Made by a program: the position numbers and the translations under genes | Assembly (NCBI GenBank): GCA_040222015.1 | Contig: JAVJWO010000018.1 | Location: 1 to 64,000 of the forward strand | DNA: 64,000 bases | Direction of reading: 5' to 3' | DNA from: Coleofasciculus chthonoplastes F2-STO-03 | Lineage (GTDB): Bacteria; Cyanobacteriota; Cyanobacteriia; Cyanobacteriales; Coleofasciculaceae | Part shown: positions 19,493 through 30,109 of the stretch, in pieces | Numbering within the stretch: position 1 is the first letter of the stretch | Layout: each line of letters opens with the position of its first letter | The notes under the pieces: generated by a model | Seen by the model: only the letters and a program-made list of their open reading frames with translations | Told to the model about the DNA's origin: nothing | The model's database searches: none

Positions 19493-20344
19493 TTACTTAG
19501 AATGTAACTTGACCGAAGACATGGGTTGCGGCGATGCTGTCGTGTTAACACCCCGTCGTACCGCTTCCACAAATTGACTGACGCGAATCGGGTCAATGGG
19601 TTGCTCAATTCGCCCCCGTCGTTTCAGGGAACTGGACACAATCACCCCGTCGGCGGCTTGCATTAAGGTGGGAATATTTTCCCAGTTGGCACCGCTGCCG
19701 ATAAATACAGGCGTTCCATTGGCGGCGGCTGATGCTAATTCTAAGTCTTCTAGACTGGGAGGACTACCTGTTGCCCATCCAGAGAGGATGACGCCATCGG
19801 CTAACCCTCGTTCGATGGTTTCTTGTACCGCCGTGGTCAAATTCGGTGATCCCAAGGGGCGTCCATGCTTGACTAGGACATCGGCTAAAATTTGCACATC
19901 ACTATTGAGTTCTCGGCGATACCGCAACAGTTCGTAAGCTTGTCCTTCGATCAGCCCTTGATCCGTTGCCATGACGCCGGTGAGAACATTCACCCGGATA
20001 AACTGGGCTTGGACACAACTGGCGATCGCGATCGCGCTTTGGGCATCATTGCGTAACACGTTGATCCCCACAGGTAATGTGAGCAAATTCATCAACCGTC
20101 CCACAATTAAGGTCATCGCACTGACGACGGCGGGATCGACTTGGTTTTTGGTGAAGGGAGCATCAAAAAAATTCTCCACGATTACCCCATCAACTCCCCC
20201 TGATGCCAGTGCTGTCGCCTCTTGTTCGGCTCGATTAATCACCGCTTTTAAACTCCCTCCCCAACGGGGAGACGTTGGCAGGGGTAACAGATGCACAACG
20301 CCAATGATGGGATTGGGTGTCTTGAAAATTTGTTGTAAGTTCAC
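19493..20344 (-). CDS. btpA: Photosystem I biogenesis protein BtpA
   Basis: IGVVHLLPLP, ENFFDAPF, GINVLRND, ADVLVKH. Confidence 0.93.
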   Translation of the reverse strand: MNLQQIFKTPNPIIGVVHLLPLPTSPRWGGSLKAVINRAEQEATALASGGVDGVIVENFFDAPFTKNQVDPAVVSAMTLIVGRLMNLLTLPVGINVLRNDAQSAIAIASCVQAQFIRVNVLTGVMATDQGLIEGQAYELLRYRRELNSDVQILADVLVKHGRPLGSPNLTTAVQETIERGLADGVILSGWATGSPPSLEDLELASAAANGTPVFIGSGANWENIPTLMQAADGVIVSSSLKRRGRIEQPIDPIRVSQFVEAVRRGVNTTASPQPMSSVKLHSK

Positions 20345-20881
20345 GTATCTACCTGAAAACCGTTCACAAGAATTTGAATATACTCAGGTTTGACAACCAC
20401 AGAGACTCTCTATCTAACTAATTCGATGGATTGACAAATGGGGTATACCATGGTAAATGACAGCATAAATCTCTCAGAATCCTAACCATCGCCTAATTCT
20501 TAAGCACTAACCGCTAAGCAGGGTAACGTCAGCCGACGCTCGCTAATAGTCGCCCTTCCCCCAGTCAAGCGTCAAGTTAGATTAAGTTACCGAGTGTATT
20601 GCATATATTAATAAAATTTTATATAAATAAGTAACGGGGTTAAACTAGAGCAACCAAAGAACATCCGGACTGGTGGAGCGTGGGTAAACTCTAAGACTAT
20701 GCCCCTATGAATCAAGTAAAGCTGGGAACAAATCAAGTGATCAGGATTGAATCAGCCTGAACTCTGGAGACATTCTCTCCAGAACGGTTACAGGGAACTG
20801 CTCACGACTCATGCTTACTGATTAGGAGCGCTGGAAATCAAGCGCTACTCCACTCTAGTGCCGATTGTAGTAGATAACCGC

Positions 20882-22219
20882 ATGGGCAACAAGCCAACCA
20901 TTGCCATTTCTCATTTAGGCTGTGAAAAAAATCGCATTGATACAGAGCATATCCTGGGTCTGCTGGTTCAAGCGGGCTACCCAGTCGATAGCAACGAAGA
21001 TTTAGCCGACTATGTTATTGTAAATACCTGTAGCTTCATAGAGGCAGCGCGAACAGAATCGGTTCGCACATTAGTTGAGCTAGCAGAAGCCAATAAGAAA
21101 ATTGTTATTGCTGGCTGCATGGCACAACATTTCCAAGAGAAATTGTTGGCAGAATTGCCAGAAGCTGTAGCTGTAGTCGGAACGGGCGATTATCAGAACA
21201 TCGTCGAAGTGATAGAACGGGTAGAAGCAGGAGAACGGGTCAAAGCCGTTTCAGCCGAACCCACCTATATTGCGGATGAAACAACGCCGCGCTATCGCAC
21301 AACCTCAGAAGGAGTCGCTTACCTGCGAGTAGCAGAAGGATGTAACTATCGGTGCGCCTTCTGCATTATTCCGTATCTGAGGGGAAACCAGCGATCGCGA
21401 AGGATTGAATCAATTGTGGCGGAAGCTGAACAATTGGCGTCCCAAGGCGTGCAGGAATTAATCCTCATTTCTCAAATCACAACCAACTATGGCGTCGATC
21501 TGTATGGAGAACCCAAGTTAGCTGAACTGTTGCGGGCATTAGGTAAGGTGGATATCCCCTGGATTCGGATGCACTATGCCTATCCCACCGGTTTAACCGA
21601 GCCAGTGATGGCAGCAATTCAGGAAATGCCTAATGTTCTGCCTTACTTGGATTTACCCCTACAGCATTCCCATCCAGAAGTCCTGCGTGCCATGAACCGT
21701 CCTTGGCAAGGGCGAGTGAATGATCAGATTATTGATCACATTAAAGCCGCCTTGCCGAATGCGGTGCTGAGGACTACCTTTATCGTCGGGTTTCCTGGCG
21801 AGACAGAGCAGCACTTTAACCATTTGCTGCAATTTGTCCAGCATCACGAGTTTGACCACGTTGGTGTCTTTACTTTTTCTCCCGAAGAGGGTACACCAGC
21901 CTACAACTTGCCCAATCGGGTCCCCCAAGCCGTCATGGAGGAGCGTCGCCAGACGCTGATGGCAGTTCAACAGCCGATTACGTTGAAGAAAAACCAAGGT
22001 GAAGTGGGCAAGATCGTTGACGTTCTGATTGAGCAAGAGAACCCCTCAACCGGAAAACAGATCGGTCGCTCAGCTCGATTTGCCCCCGAGGTCGATGGAT
22101 TAGTCTACGTCCAAGGCGAAGCCCCCTTGGGGACCATCGTGGAAGTAGAAATCACCGATGCTGGCATCTATGACCTCTATGGTTCTGTAGTCCCTAGTCC
22201 ACTGTTAGTTGTTGGTTAA
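20882..22219 (+). CDS. rimO: Ribosomal protein S12 methylthiotransferase RimO
   Basis: LGCEKN, NTCSFI, radical [15 protein letters not shown] domain with APEVDG. Confidence 0.95.
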   Translation: MGNKPTIAISHLGCEKNRIDTEHILGLLVQAGYPVDSNEDLADYVIVNTCSFIEAARTESVRTLVELAEANKKIVIAGCMAQHFQEKLLAELPEAVAVVGTGDYQNIVEVIERVEAGERVKAVSAEPTYIADETTPRYRTTSEGVAYLRVAEGCNYRCAFCIIPYLRGNQRSRRIESIVAEAEQLASQGVQELILISQITTNYGVDLYGEPKLAELLRALGKVDIPWIRMHYAYPTGLTEPVMAAIQEMPNVLPYLDLPLQHSHPEVLRAMNRPWQGRVNDQIIDHIKAALPNAVLRTTFIVGFPGETEQHFNHLLQFVQHHEFDHVGVFTFSPEEGTPAYNLPNRVPQAVMEERRQTLMAVQQPITLKKNQGEVGKIVDVLIEQENPSTGKQIGRSARFAPEVDGLVYVQGEAPLGTIVEVEITDAGIYDLYGSVVPSPLLVVG

Positions 22220-22334
22220 CTAGAGTCGATTCAGGGTAAGGGAGTATTGGCGATTGCTAAGTCCTTAACCCAGACTCTTGATCACTGACGACTGACCTTA
22301 ACCATCACGAAAAACTCACAACAACCGTTAAATT

Positions 22335-23729
22335 ATGACCCTTTCATTCAATAATCTGGGCTTATCTGAAGAGTGCCTCCATCAACTGGAAAAATTAGGT
22401 TTTGATACACCAACGGACATTCAATCTCAAGCCATTCCGGAACTGTTGGCAGGGCAAGATGTGGTCGCTCAATCTCAAACAGGTACAGGGAAAACCGCTG
22501 CCTTTTCTTTGCCGATTTTGGAACAGATTGATCCCAATGTCCGAGGGGTACAAGCCTTAATTCTTGCCCCAACACGGGAATTAGCCCGACAAGTGGCAGA
22601 TGCGATTCGGGACTTGACCAGCAATCGCCGTGTCGGTATAGTCACCGTCTACGGCGGACAATCTATTGATCGCCAAATTCGTCTCTTACAACGTAATGCC
22701 CAAATGGTTGTCGGGACGCCAGGACGAGTGATCGATTTGCTGGATCGAGGAGATCTGAAATTAGATCAAGTCCAATGGGTGGTCTTAGATGAAGCCGATG
22801 AAATGTTGAGCATGGGCTTTATCGATGATGTCAAGAAAATCCTCAAGCAAGCCCCCAAAGAACGCCAGACTGCCTGTTTTTCGGCAACAATGCCGAAGGC
22901 AATTCGGGATTTAGTTAACCAGTTCCTCAAATCCCCGGTGACGGTAACCGTGGAACTACCCAAAGCCACCCCAGCACGGATTGAGCAACGGGTTTATATG
23001 ATCCCCCGTGGCTGTTCAAAGTCCAAAGCCCTACAGCCGATTTTGGCGCTGGAAGACCCCGAAGCCGCCCTAATTTTTGTGCGGACGCGGCGGTCAGCAG
23101 CGGAACTCACTAGCCAGTTACAAGCGGCTGGTCATAGTGTGGATGAGTATCACGGCGACCTCAGCCAAAGCCAACGGGAGCGCTTGTTGTCCCGATTCCG
23201 CCAAAGTCAGGTGCGCTGGGTGGTGGCAACGGATATTGCCGCACGGGGTCTGGATGTGGATCATCTCACTCATGTGATTAATTATGATCTGCCGGATCAG
23301 GTGGAAAGTTATATTCACCGAATCGGTCGTACCGGACGTGCCGGGAAAACCGGAACCGCGATTTCCTTGATTCAACCCTTTGAACGGCGCAAACTTCACC
23401 AGATTGAACGGAAAGTGCGGCAGAACTTACAAGTGTCCCGGATTCCCACGCGATCGCAAATCGAAGCGCGGTGCTTGGAGAAATTGCAAGATGAGTTACG
23501 AGAGGCACTCACCGGGGAACGTATGGCATCATTCCTGCCGATCGTGCGGGAGTTGAGTGAAGAATACGACCCCCACGCGATCGCTGCCGCCGCCTTGCAA
23601 ATGGTCTATGACCACACGCAACCGGAGTTAGCCGCCATCGAGGTGGATAACAAAGTAGAACGTCCGAAACTGGTGAAGCGTCGTAATAACCAATCCAAAG
23701 AATCGGTCACTCATAACCGTTCTCGGTAA
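22335..23729 (+). CDS. crhR: DEAD-box RNA helicase CrhR
   Basis: QTGTGKT, PTRELA, DEAD, SAT, HRIGRTGRAG; located downstream of rimO as in other cyanobacteria. Confidence 0.9.
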   Translation: MTLSFNNLGLSEECLHQLEKLGFDTPTDIQSQAIPELLAGQDVVAQSQTGTGKTAAFSLPILEQIDPNVRGVQALILAPTRELARQVADAIRDLTSNRRVGIVTVYGGQSIDRQIRLLQRNAQMVVGTPGRVIDLLDRGDLKLDQVQWVVLDEADEMLSMGFIDDVKKILKQAPKERQTACFSATMPKAIRDLVNQFLKSPVTVTVELPKATPARIEQRVYMIPRGCSKSKALQPILALEDPEAALIFVRTRRSAAELTSQLQAAGHSVDEYHGDLSQSQRERLLSRFRQSQVRWVVATDIAARGLDVDHLTHVINYDLPDQVESYIHRIGRTGRAGKTGTAISLIQPFERRKLHQIERKVRQNLQVSRIPTRSQIEARCLEKLQDELREALTGERMASFLPIVRELSEEYDPHAIAAAALQMVYDHTQPELAAIEVDNKVERPKLVKRRNNQSKESVTHNRSR

Positions 23730-23737
23730 TTGATTGA

Positions 23738-23772
23738 GTTCATCCCATGACCAATAGGCGTGGGATGAATTT
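23738..23772 (+). terminator. Hairpin after crhR
   Basis: ttcatccca...tgggatgaa stem followed by ttt. Confidence 0.5.
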
Positions 23773-23782
23773 GTCTTATGTT

Positions 23783-23872
23783 ATTCGTCATTCGTCTTAT
23801 GTCATTCGTCATTTGTCATTCGTCATTTGTCATTCGTCATTCGTCATTCGTCATTTGTCATTCGTCATTTGT
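23783..23872. repeat. STRR heptamer tract (TCATT(C/T)G)n
   Basis: Direct reading. Confidence 0.9.
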
Positions 23873-24031
23873 CGAAGAGTTCTTGCACTTAGTTAGGGCG
23901 GGTTTAGTGACATCTGGGTGGCAAGCAGCGATAATGGTGAAACCCGCCCCTACAGATGTGCGATCGCATGTCTGGTCACTCAAAAGTTTTTTCGGGTCAT
24001 TTGTCATGACCCAAATTCAGTAAGAAATCAC

Positions 24032-25153
24032 ATGACTCTGTCTGCTACCAATAATATCCCTCAAACTACAGATACCAATGCCTTGCCTTGTCAATGGTCG
24101 GGTCTAATTGAGACCTATCGGTCTTATTTACCCGTCACCGCCTCAACTCCCATAGTGACTCTCTTGGAGGGAAATACTCCTCTGATCCCTACCCCTGCCC
24201 TTTCAGAAGCGGTGGGTAAGGGAGTCAAGGTATTGGTTAAATATGATGGTCTTAATCCGACGGGTAGCTTTAAAGACCGGGGTATGACTATGGCGATTTC
24301 TAAGGCAAAGGAAGCCGGAGCGAAAGCCGTGATTTGTGCCAGTACCGGGAATACCTCTGCCTCGGCTGCGGCTTATGCGACTCGGGGGGATATGCAAGCG
24401 TTTGTGTTAATTCCGGATGGGTATGTTGCCCTGGGGAAGTTGGCGCAGGCATTGGTTTATGGGGCGCAGGTATTGGCAATTGAGGGAAATTTTGACGACT
24501 GTTTGCGGATTGTCCAGGAGTTAGCGGCAAATTATCCGGTAACGTTGGTGAATTCGGTCAATCCCTATCGATTGGAAGGTCAAAAAACGGGCGCGTTTGA
24601 AATTGTTGATAATTTAGGGAATGCCCCAGATTGGCTGTGTATTCCGGTGGGAAATGCCGGGAATATTACCGCGTATTGGATGGGCTTTTGCCAGTATCAT
24701 CAACATGGGTTGTGCGATCGCTTACCTCGGATGATGGGATTCCAGGCGGCTGGCGCGTCGCCGTTGATTCTGGGTGAACCCGTGGCGCATCCGGAAACAA
24801 TTGCCACCGCGATTCGGATTGGCAATCCAGCCAGTTGGCAGAAAGCTGTTGCGGTAAAAGATGCCAGTCAGGGACAGTTTAATAGCGTTACCGATGCGGA
24901 AATTCTGGCAGCTTATCGCCTTTTAGCATCAAAAGAAGGAATATTTTGTGAACCCGCTAGCGCTGCATCGGTGGCGGGGTTATTGAAAGTGAAAGATCAC
25001 GTTCCCACGGGAGCAACGGTGGTTTGTGTGCTGACAGGGAATGGGTTAAAAGATCCGGATACGGCGATTCAACACTGCAACAATCAATTACAGCGAGGAA
25101 TTGAGCCAACCACCACCGCCGTCGCTGAGGTGATGGGATTCAGTTCAACCTGA
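24032..25153 (+). CDS. thrC: Threonine synthase
   Basis: [10 protein letters not shown] (PLP lysine), [21 protein letters not shown]. Confidence 0.95.
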   Translation: MTLSATNNIPQTTDTNALPCQWSGLIETYRSYLPVTASTPIVTLLEGNTPLIPTPALSEAVGKGVKVLVKYDGLNPTGSFKDRGMTMAISKAKEAGAKAVICASTGNTSASAAAYATRGDMQAFVLIPDGYVALGKLAQALVYGAQVLAIEGNFDDCLRIVQELAANYPVTLVNSVNPYRLEGQKTGAFEIVDNLGNAPDWLCIPVGNAGNITAYWMGFCQYHQHGLCDRLPRMMGFQAAGASPLILGEPVAHPETIATAIRIGNPASWQKAVAVKDASQGQFNSVTDAEILAAYRLLASKEGIFCEPASAASVAGLLKVKDHVPTGATVVCVLTGNGLKDPDTAIQHCNNQLQRGIEPTTTAVAEVMGFSST

Positions 25154-25399
25154 GTAAGCGATTGAAATCGCGGCTACACAAACAAAGTCCGCCTGCGCGG
25201 ACTGGATTATAACGGGGGTAGCTAACCCTGATTTGTTACTATATCATGTCCGCCGAAATAACCGTAATATCCTTCTTCCTTGCAACCTTACTCCTTCCCT
25301 TGGAGCCCTGGAGCCTGGTTGGTGAGCCTGTCGAACCACTGCCTTGTCTCCACCTAAATGTGAGTATTCAACCGGACATAATATTATATCGTGTCTGGG

Positions 25400-26173
25400 T
25401 CAAGGAACTAAATCCCCCACTCCTGGCAAAATATAGTGGGGACGATAGGCAAAATGGATTAAATCCTCTTGGCGGGTGACTCCGGATAAAACCAACACCG
25501 TCTCGATTTCTGACTCAATCCCGGCAATGATATCCGTATCCATGCGATCGCCAATGATGGCGGTATCCTCGCGACGACAGCCTAACTTCTTGAGAGCATG
25601 GCGCATCATTAGGGGATTTGGCTTGCCAACAAAATAGGCTTTTGCCCCCGTCGTCAGTTCCAAGGGTGCAATTAACGCCCCTGTCGCTGGCACAATTCCT
25701 TTCTCACTCGGTCCAGTTAAGTCAGGATTTGTGCCAATTAACTTTGCCCCTTTAATCACTAATTGCGCCGCATGTTCTAATTTCTCAAAGCTATAACTGC
25801 GCGTCTCACCTACCACCACATAATCGGGGTTGGTATCATTCATGGAAAACCCATCATTATACAGCGCATTTGTCAACCCCGCTTCCCCAATCACAAAGGC
25901 ACTTCCTCCGGGACATTGTTGAGCTAAAAATGCCGCCGTTGCCAAGGCGCTGGTGTAGAAATTCTCCTCCGGGACTTCTACGCCCAACCGTTTTAGCTTC
26001 TCCCGCAACTCCCGAGGCGATCGCTCGCTACTATTAGTCAGGAACAGAAATTTTTTTTCCGACACCTTCAACCAGTCCAAAAATGCCTCCACTCCTGGCA
26101 GTAAGCGGTTGCCGTGGTAAATCACGCCATCCATATCACAGATAAATGCTTGTTTGCCGCGTAGCTCATTCAT
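25400..26173 (-). CDS. nagD: HAD-IIA family hydrolase (NagD-like)
   Basis: CDMDGV, LTN, GKPN, IGDRMDTDI; the ATG at 26173 fits family length. Confidence 0.85.
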   Translation of the reverse strand: MNELRGKQAFICDMDGVIYHGNRLLPGVEAFLDWLKVSEKKFLFLTNSSERSPRELREKLKRLGVEVPEENFYTSALATAAFLAQQCPGGSAFVIGEAGLTNALYNDGFSMNDTNPDYVVVGETRSYSFEKLEHAAQLVIKGAKLIGTNPDLTGPSEKGIVPATGALIAPLELTTGAKAYFVGKPNPLMMRHALKKLGCRREDTAIIGDRMDTDIIAGIESEIETVLVLSGVTRQEDLIHFAYRPHYILPGVGDLVP

Positions 26174-26291
26174 GGAAACCAGGGACTCAAAAGCCTTGAC
26201 GTCAGAATCAACAATGATGATACCAGCCTGGGTGGAGAAAAGATATTGGTCTTGCCCATCACCAATCACGACTTCTCAATCAGCATTTTCT

Positions 26292-26357
26292 AAAGCCGCA
26301 GTGCTGCTTGATACTCTCAGATCAAAGAAAATTGGCTATCTTGGACTAGATGTTTAC
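26292..26357 (+). pseudogene. Tiny relic of a D-lactate/2-hydroxyacid dehydrogenase gene
   Basis: KAAVLLDTLRSKKIGYLGLDVY resembles the conserved A.I..LK..KIG.LGLDVY segment of D-LDH; no flanking homology in frame. Confidence 0.5.
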
Positions 26358-26689
26358 AGACCAGCAAGGGTTGAGGTTTTTTGCCATGAGGGGATCTAGA
26401 ACCATGTTTGCCAACAGGGGTTGAGGCTGACTACCCTAGACTTACCGCTGATCAAGCGTTTTTGAGGCAAACGACTCTCAAAAGACGAGTGCCACAACTG
26501 CATCACTCAATCGGACTTGCGCTCAATCCTAATTCAGCTTGCTTGATCCTCATTCCGTAAAGGCAAAACCGTAGTTGTGGTTTCAGGGTGCTGTCAGACT
26601 GTCTGGGGAGTAAATCTGGATTTGATGTATCAAACAGCCTTCGTTCAAACCATCCACATCTACAATAGAACACAACTTGAGATCGACCT

Positions 26690-27766
26690 ATGGAAACTCG
26701 CAAACGGATTGGTCTACTCACCAGTGGCGGTGACTGTCCCGGATTAAACGCGGTCATTCGCGCTGCGGTTAGACATGCTACCCTGAGCTATGATTGGGAA
26801 GTTTTAGGTATTCCCTATGCCACCCAAGGTTTATTGGAAGGCAAAGCAGTCTCACTGAATGTTCATGGTTTAGATAGTCGGGGAATCGACCCACTCCTGA
26901 GTACTGGTGGTACTATCCTTGGTTCAATTAATAAAGGGGATACCGAGGCTCAAGCCGATCAGATTATCGCTGGTTATCAGAAATTAGGTCTAGACGCCCT
27001 AATTGTTATTGGTGGTGACGGGAGTCTGGCGATTATGAACCAGCTTGCCCATAAAGGGAATATGAATATTGTGGGCGTCCCCAAAACGATTGATAATGAT
27101 GTGGCGTTCACGAATTTAGCCGTTGGCTTTGATACGGCGGTTAACACCATTGTTGATGCCCTATCTCGCCTCTCCTATACAGCCGCCAGTCACGATCGCG
27201 TGATGGTGGTTGAGGTGATGGGGCGCGAAGCCGGACATCTAGCCCTAAATGCCGGGATTGCTGGCGGTGCTGATGTGATCCTGATTCCGGAAATTCCCTA
27301 TTCCATTAGTGGTGTTTGTAAACATATCACCGAACTGCGCGATCGCTGGAATCGCCGCTTTGCGATCGTGGTTGTGGCTGAGGGGGCGAAAACCATTGAG
27401 GGTCAAGAACGCTACTACACAGACTCCCAGGGTGAGATTCGATTACGGGGGATTGGAGATTATGTCGCGGATCAGATTTCTCACTTCAGTGGGGATACGA
27501 TTGAAGCGCGGGTGACGGTTTTAGGTCATGTTCAACGGGGTGGTGCGCCCTCGGCGTTAGACCGTTTGCTGGCTACCTCTTTTGGCAAAGCGGCTGTCGA
27601 TTTAATTGCCAAGGATGACTATCAAAAAATGGTTGCTTGGCAAAATGGAGTGGTTGTGAGTATTCCCATTGATGAGGTTACCAGCAACAGTCCGATTTTA
27701 GTGGATAGTCATCATCCTCTCGTGGAAACCGCTAAAGCCCTCGATACCTACATTGGTGATTTGTAA
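26690..27766 (+). CDS. pfkA: ATP-dependent 6-phosphofructokinase
   Basis: TSGGDCPGLN, GGDGS, PKTIDND, EVMGR, LGHVQRGG. Confidence 0.93.
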   Translation: METRKRIGLLTSGGDCPGLNAVIRAAVRHATLSYDWEVLGIPYATQGLLEGKAVSLNVHGLDSRGIDPLLSTGGTILGSINKGDTEAQADQIIAGYQKLGLDALIVIGGDGSLAIMNQLAHKGNMNIVGVPKTIDNDVAFTNLAVGFDTAVNTIVDALSRLSYTAASHDRVMVVEVMGREAGHLALNAGIAGGADVILIPEIPYSISGVCKHITELRDRWNRRFAIVVVAEGAKTIEGQERYYTDSQGEIRLRGIGDYVADQISHFSGDTIEARVTVLGHVQRGGAPSALDRLLATSFGKAAVDLIAKDDYQKMVAWQNGVVVSIPIDEVTSNSPILVDSHHPLVETAKALDTYIGDL

Positions 27767-28326
27767 TTGACACCCTCACGGCGGTACTTAGACAGTTTCT
27801 GGCACAATTTTTACCTTATTTTTTGTCTAAGTACCGTTAAAGGAAGCAGGGGAAGATGAGGAAGCGATGTAGAGACGCGCCATGGCGCGTCTGGGAGCAG
27901 AGGGAGTAAACGAATGACGAATGACAATCTCCACCGTTAACTTTTATTGTCTCCACCTACTTAACTCAAATGGGATTGCTCTGTTCTTAAGTAAACATCA
28001 AGATTTAATTGATTGTTTTTTTGCGATCGCGCGTATCCAATCAACGACATTTGCGATTAGCTGATTTGATACAAAATAGTGTAGAGCATTCCGCAGCAAA
28101 TCGCCCACATACTAGAAGTCTGGGGCTATACAAACCAAGTCCGCCTGCGCGGACTCAATCAATTCAGCCTGCGGAGGCAGGCTTTGTTTGTGTAGCAGCG
28201 ATTTCAATCGCCTCCTCAAAAGGGGGTAAGAAAAGCTCATCTGGCTTACCAGGTTTAGGTGAGCTGGATGGTGTGTCAATCTCCAAGAGAAGTTTATAAT
28301 AGTCCCACTATTAATAATACAGAATA

Positions 28327-29052
28327 ATGAAAGCGTTTATTAGTCATAGCAGTATCGACAAACCCTTTGTTGAGCGTCTGGCAACGGATTTACGCAGCCG
28401 CGAAGGGATTGATGCTTGGTTAGATAAATGGGAGATTCTCCCCGGTGATAGAATACCGGATAAGTTAGAAGAAGGGTTATCTAATGCAGGTATTCTGGTT
28501 CTGGTTCTCTCCCCCGATAGTGTTAATTCCCAGTGGGTGAGTTATGAAAAAGACGCATGGCTAATGGCACAAGTTGAGGAGGAAAAACGGGCTAAACTTG
28601 AGTCACGGACTCCCAGCCGTCGCCTGATTTCGGTTCTCTATAAAGACTGCAAAAAGCCATTTTTTCTCCAATCTTTTCCCCACATTAGTATTAATGACGA
28701 TAACTATGAGGCAGAATTTCAACAACTGGTGAATGGGATGCGGGGAGAGTCAGGGAAGCCGCCACTGAAGGGTGAGACGACGCCTGCACCTGTTCCGGCT
28801 TCACCCCCAGCCCAGGTGTCATCCGGCGTTGCACCGAGAATCCTGGCGTTTAAGCTGCTCAAATGCCTCCTTCAGGCTCAGTTTGATGAGGTGATTTTTT
28901 ACTATGAAATAGATGAATCTCAACTGCCAATGAATGTGGCACAGGTGCAAAAAGCCAAGGAGATTATTAAATTGGCGAGTCAAAAAGACGGCGAGTCGCT
29001 GTCTGGACTGCTAGACTCGATTTATCAAGCGGCTCCACATTTGAAGAGGTAA
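28327..29052 (+). CDS. TIR-domain protein with a Pro-rich linker and a C-terminal helical adaptor-like domain
   Basis: AFISHSSIDK, WLDKWEILPGD, LSPDSVNSQWVSYE (putative catalytic Glu retained). Confidence 0.88.
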   Translation: MKAFISHSSIDKPFVERLATDLRSREGIDAWLDKWEILPGDRIPDKLEEGLSNAGILVLVLSPDSVNSQWVSYEKDAWLMAQVEEEKRAKLESRTPSRRLISVLYKDCKKPFFLQSFPHISINDDNYEAEFQQLVNGMRGESGKPPLKGETTPAPVPASPPAQVSSGVAPRILAFKLLKCLLQAQFDEVIFYYEIDESQLPMNVAQVQKAKEIIKLASQKDGESLSGLLDSIYQAAPHLKR

Positions 29053-29645
29053 GCTGTCATGCATTTAAATTGGGTATTAGTAGCGAGCAAGATGCAAAGC
29101 CTGCGGCATGGCTTCGCTTAACGCACTACAAGGATTTCGTCATTATTGACATGAAGGTTTAAATGCCGAACAGCTTAGGATGATGTCATGTCCGGTTGAA
29201 TACTTAGGACTTACTAATAGTCTCTATCTGTAGGGTGTGTTAGCGTAGCATAACGCACCATTTCAACGATAGATAGATGGTGTAGCTGCGTAAGTCCTAA
29301 TACTTACAGTTGGATAGTGCTGTCTAAGGTGAATGGTACGACACAGCTAAAATTGTGGAATAGATTTGACCGTGAAATTGGGCGCACGTCGGTGCGCCCC
29401 TACGGTTTCCGGGCTAATGGTTAATTCATCAATTAAGGTGTGTCACGCCAGTAGTGGACTGACCCAGCTAAAATAGGACTTTGTTTGTAGTGAGAACTTT
29501 AGTTCTCTAACGCCTAGCTGTAGAGGGCTAAAGCCCTCACTACGTACCCAATCTATTGCACCATTTTAGCTGGGTCACGCCAGTAGTGCGAGCATCTTGC
29601 TCGCTACTCATTCCCAATTGCTCGCTACCCATTCCCAATTTAAAT
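29050..29645. mobile_element. Dense nest of MITE/REP elements (TAAGCTGT...ACAGCTTA; taggacttac...gtaagtccta; gacacagctaaaat...gtgtcacgcca)
   Basis: Several terminal inverted repeats, each enclosing GTAG-type palindromes; related copies at ~1885-1958, ~14250-14320 and ~17495-17600. Confidence 0.65.
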
Positions 29646-29647
29646 GC

Positions 29648-29749
29648 ATGACATGATAGAACGCCCAAAATGACAGGATAGAACACCCAGAATGACAGCT
29701 TAGAACACTCAGCATGACAGCTTAGAACACTCAGCATGACATGATAGAA
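29648..29749. repeat. 22-bp tandem repeat, ~4.6 copies (ATGACAgcTTAGAACACTCAGC consensus)
   Basis: Units start at 29648, 29670, 29692, 29714 and 29736. Confidence 0.9.
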
Positions 29750-29779
29750 GGTAAGTTGGTATCAGGTGGATAGGGTTGA

Positions 29780-30109
29780 ATGGATGGTCGAGGCGAACTA
29801 CTACAGCGTCTGAAAAGGCTGAATCCGGCTCAATTTGAGGAAGTGCTGTTCCGGTTGGGAATTGACCCGGCGATTATTCCTAGCCCGTTTGCCGAGCAAT
29901 CGCTGCGAGCTATCCGAGTTATTCAACGGCTGGAGCAAGAGCCAGAGGGATTGGAACGCCTCAATCAAACCCTGGCTGAATCGGCTATTTCCATTATTGG
30001 TGAGCAGTATATCGGCTACGAGATAGAAGCTCAAGTTAAGGGAATTGTTAATGAGTATCTCCAGCAATATGCTGAGGCGTTGGCGGCGATTGTGGGAGTG
30101 GAGGAATGA
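29780..30109 (+). CDS. Short protein whose N-terminal helical domain is homologous to the TIR protein C-terminus; possibly a deleted remnant of a larger gene
   Basis: LKRLNPAQFEEVLFRLGID aligns with LKCLLQAQFDEVIFYYEID. Confidence 0.7.
   Translation: MDGRGELLQRLKRLNPAQFEEVLFRLGIDPAIIPSPFAEQSLRAIRVIQRLEQEPEGLERLNQTLAESAISIIGEQYIGYEIEAQVKGIVNEYLQQYAEALAAIVGVEE

Noticed and set aside
23918..24031. N-terminal extension of thrC in the ORF track
   Set aside because: It runs through a REP element; ATG 24032 fits the family better
26174..26269. N-terminal extension of the NagD-like ORF
   Set aside because: HAD motif I lies ~12 residues after ATG 26173, as is typical; the extension has no support
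29648..29749. 22-bp repeats as a mini-CRISPR
   Set aside because: The units are head-to-tail with no unique spacers
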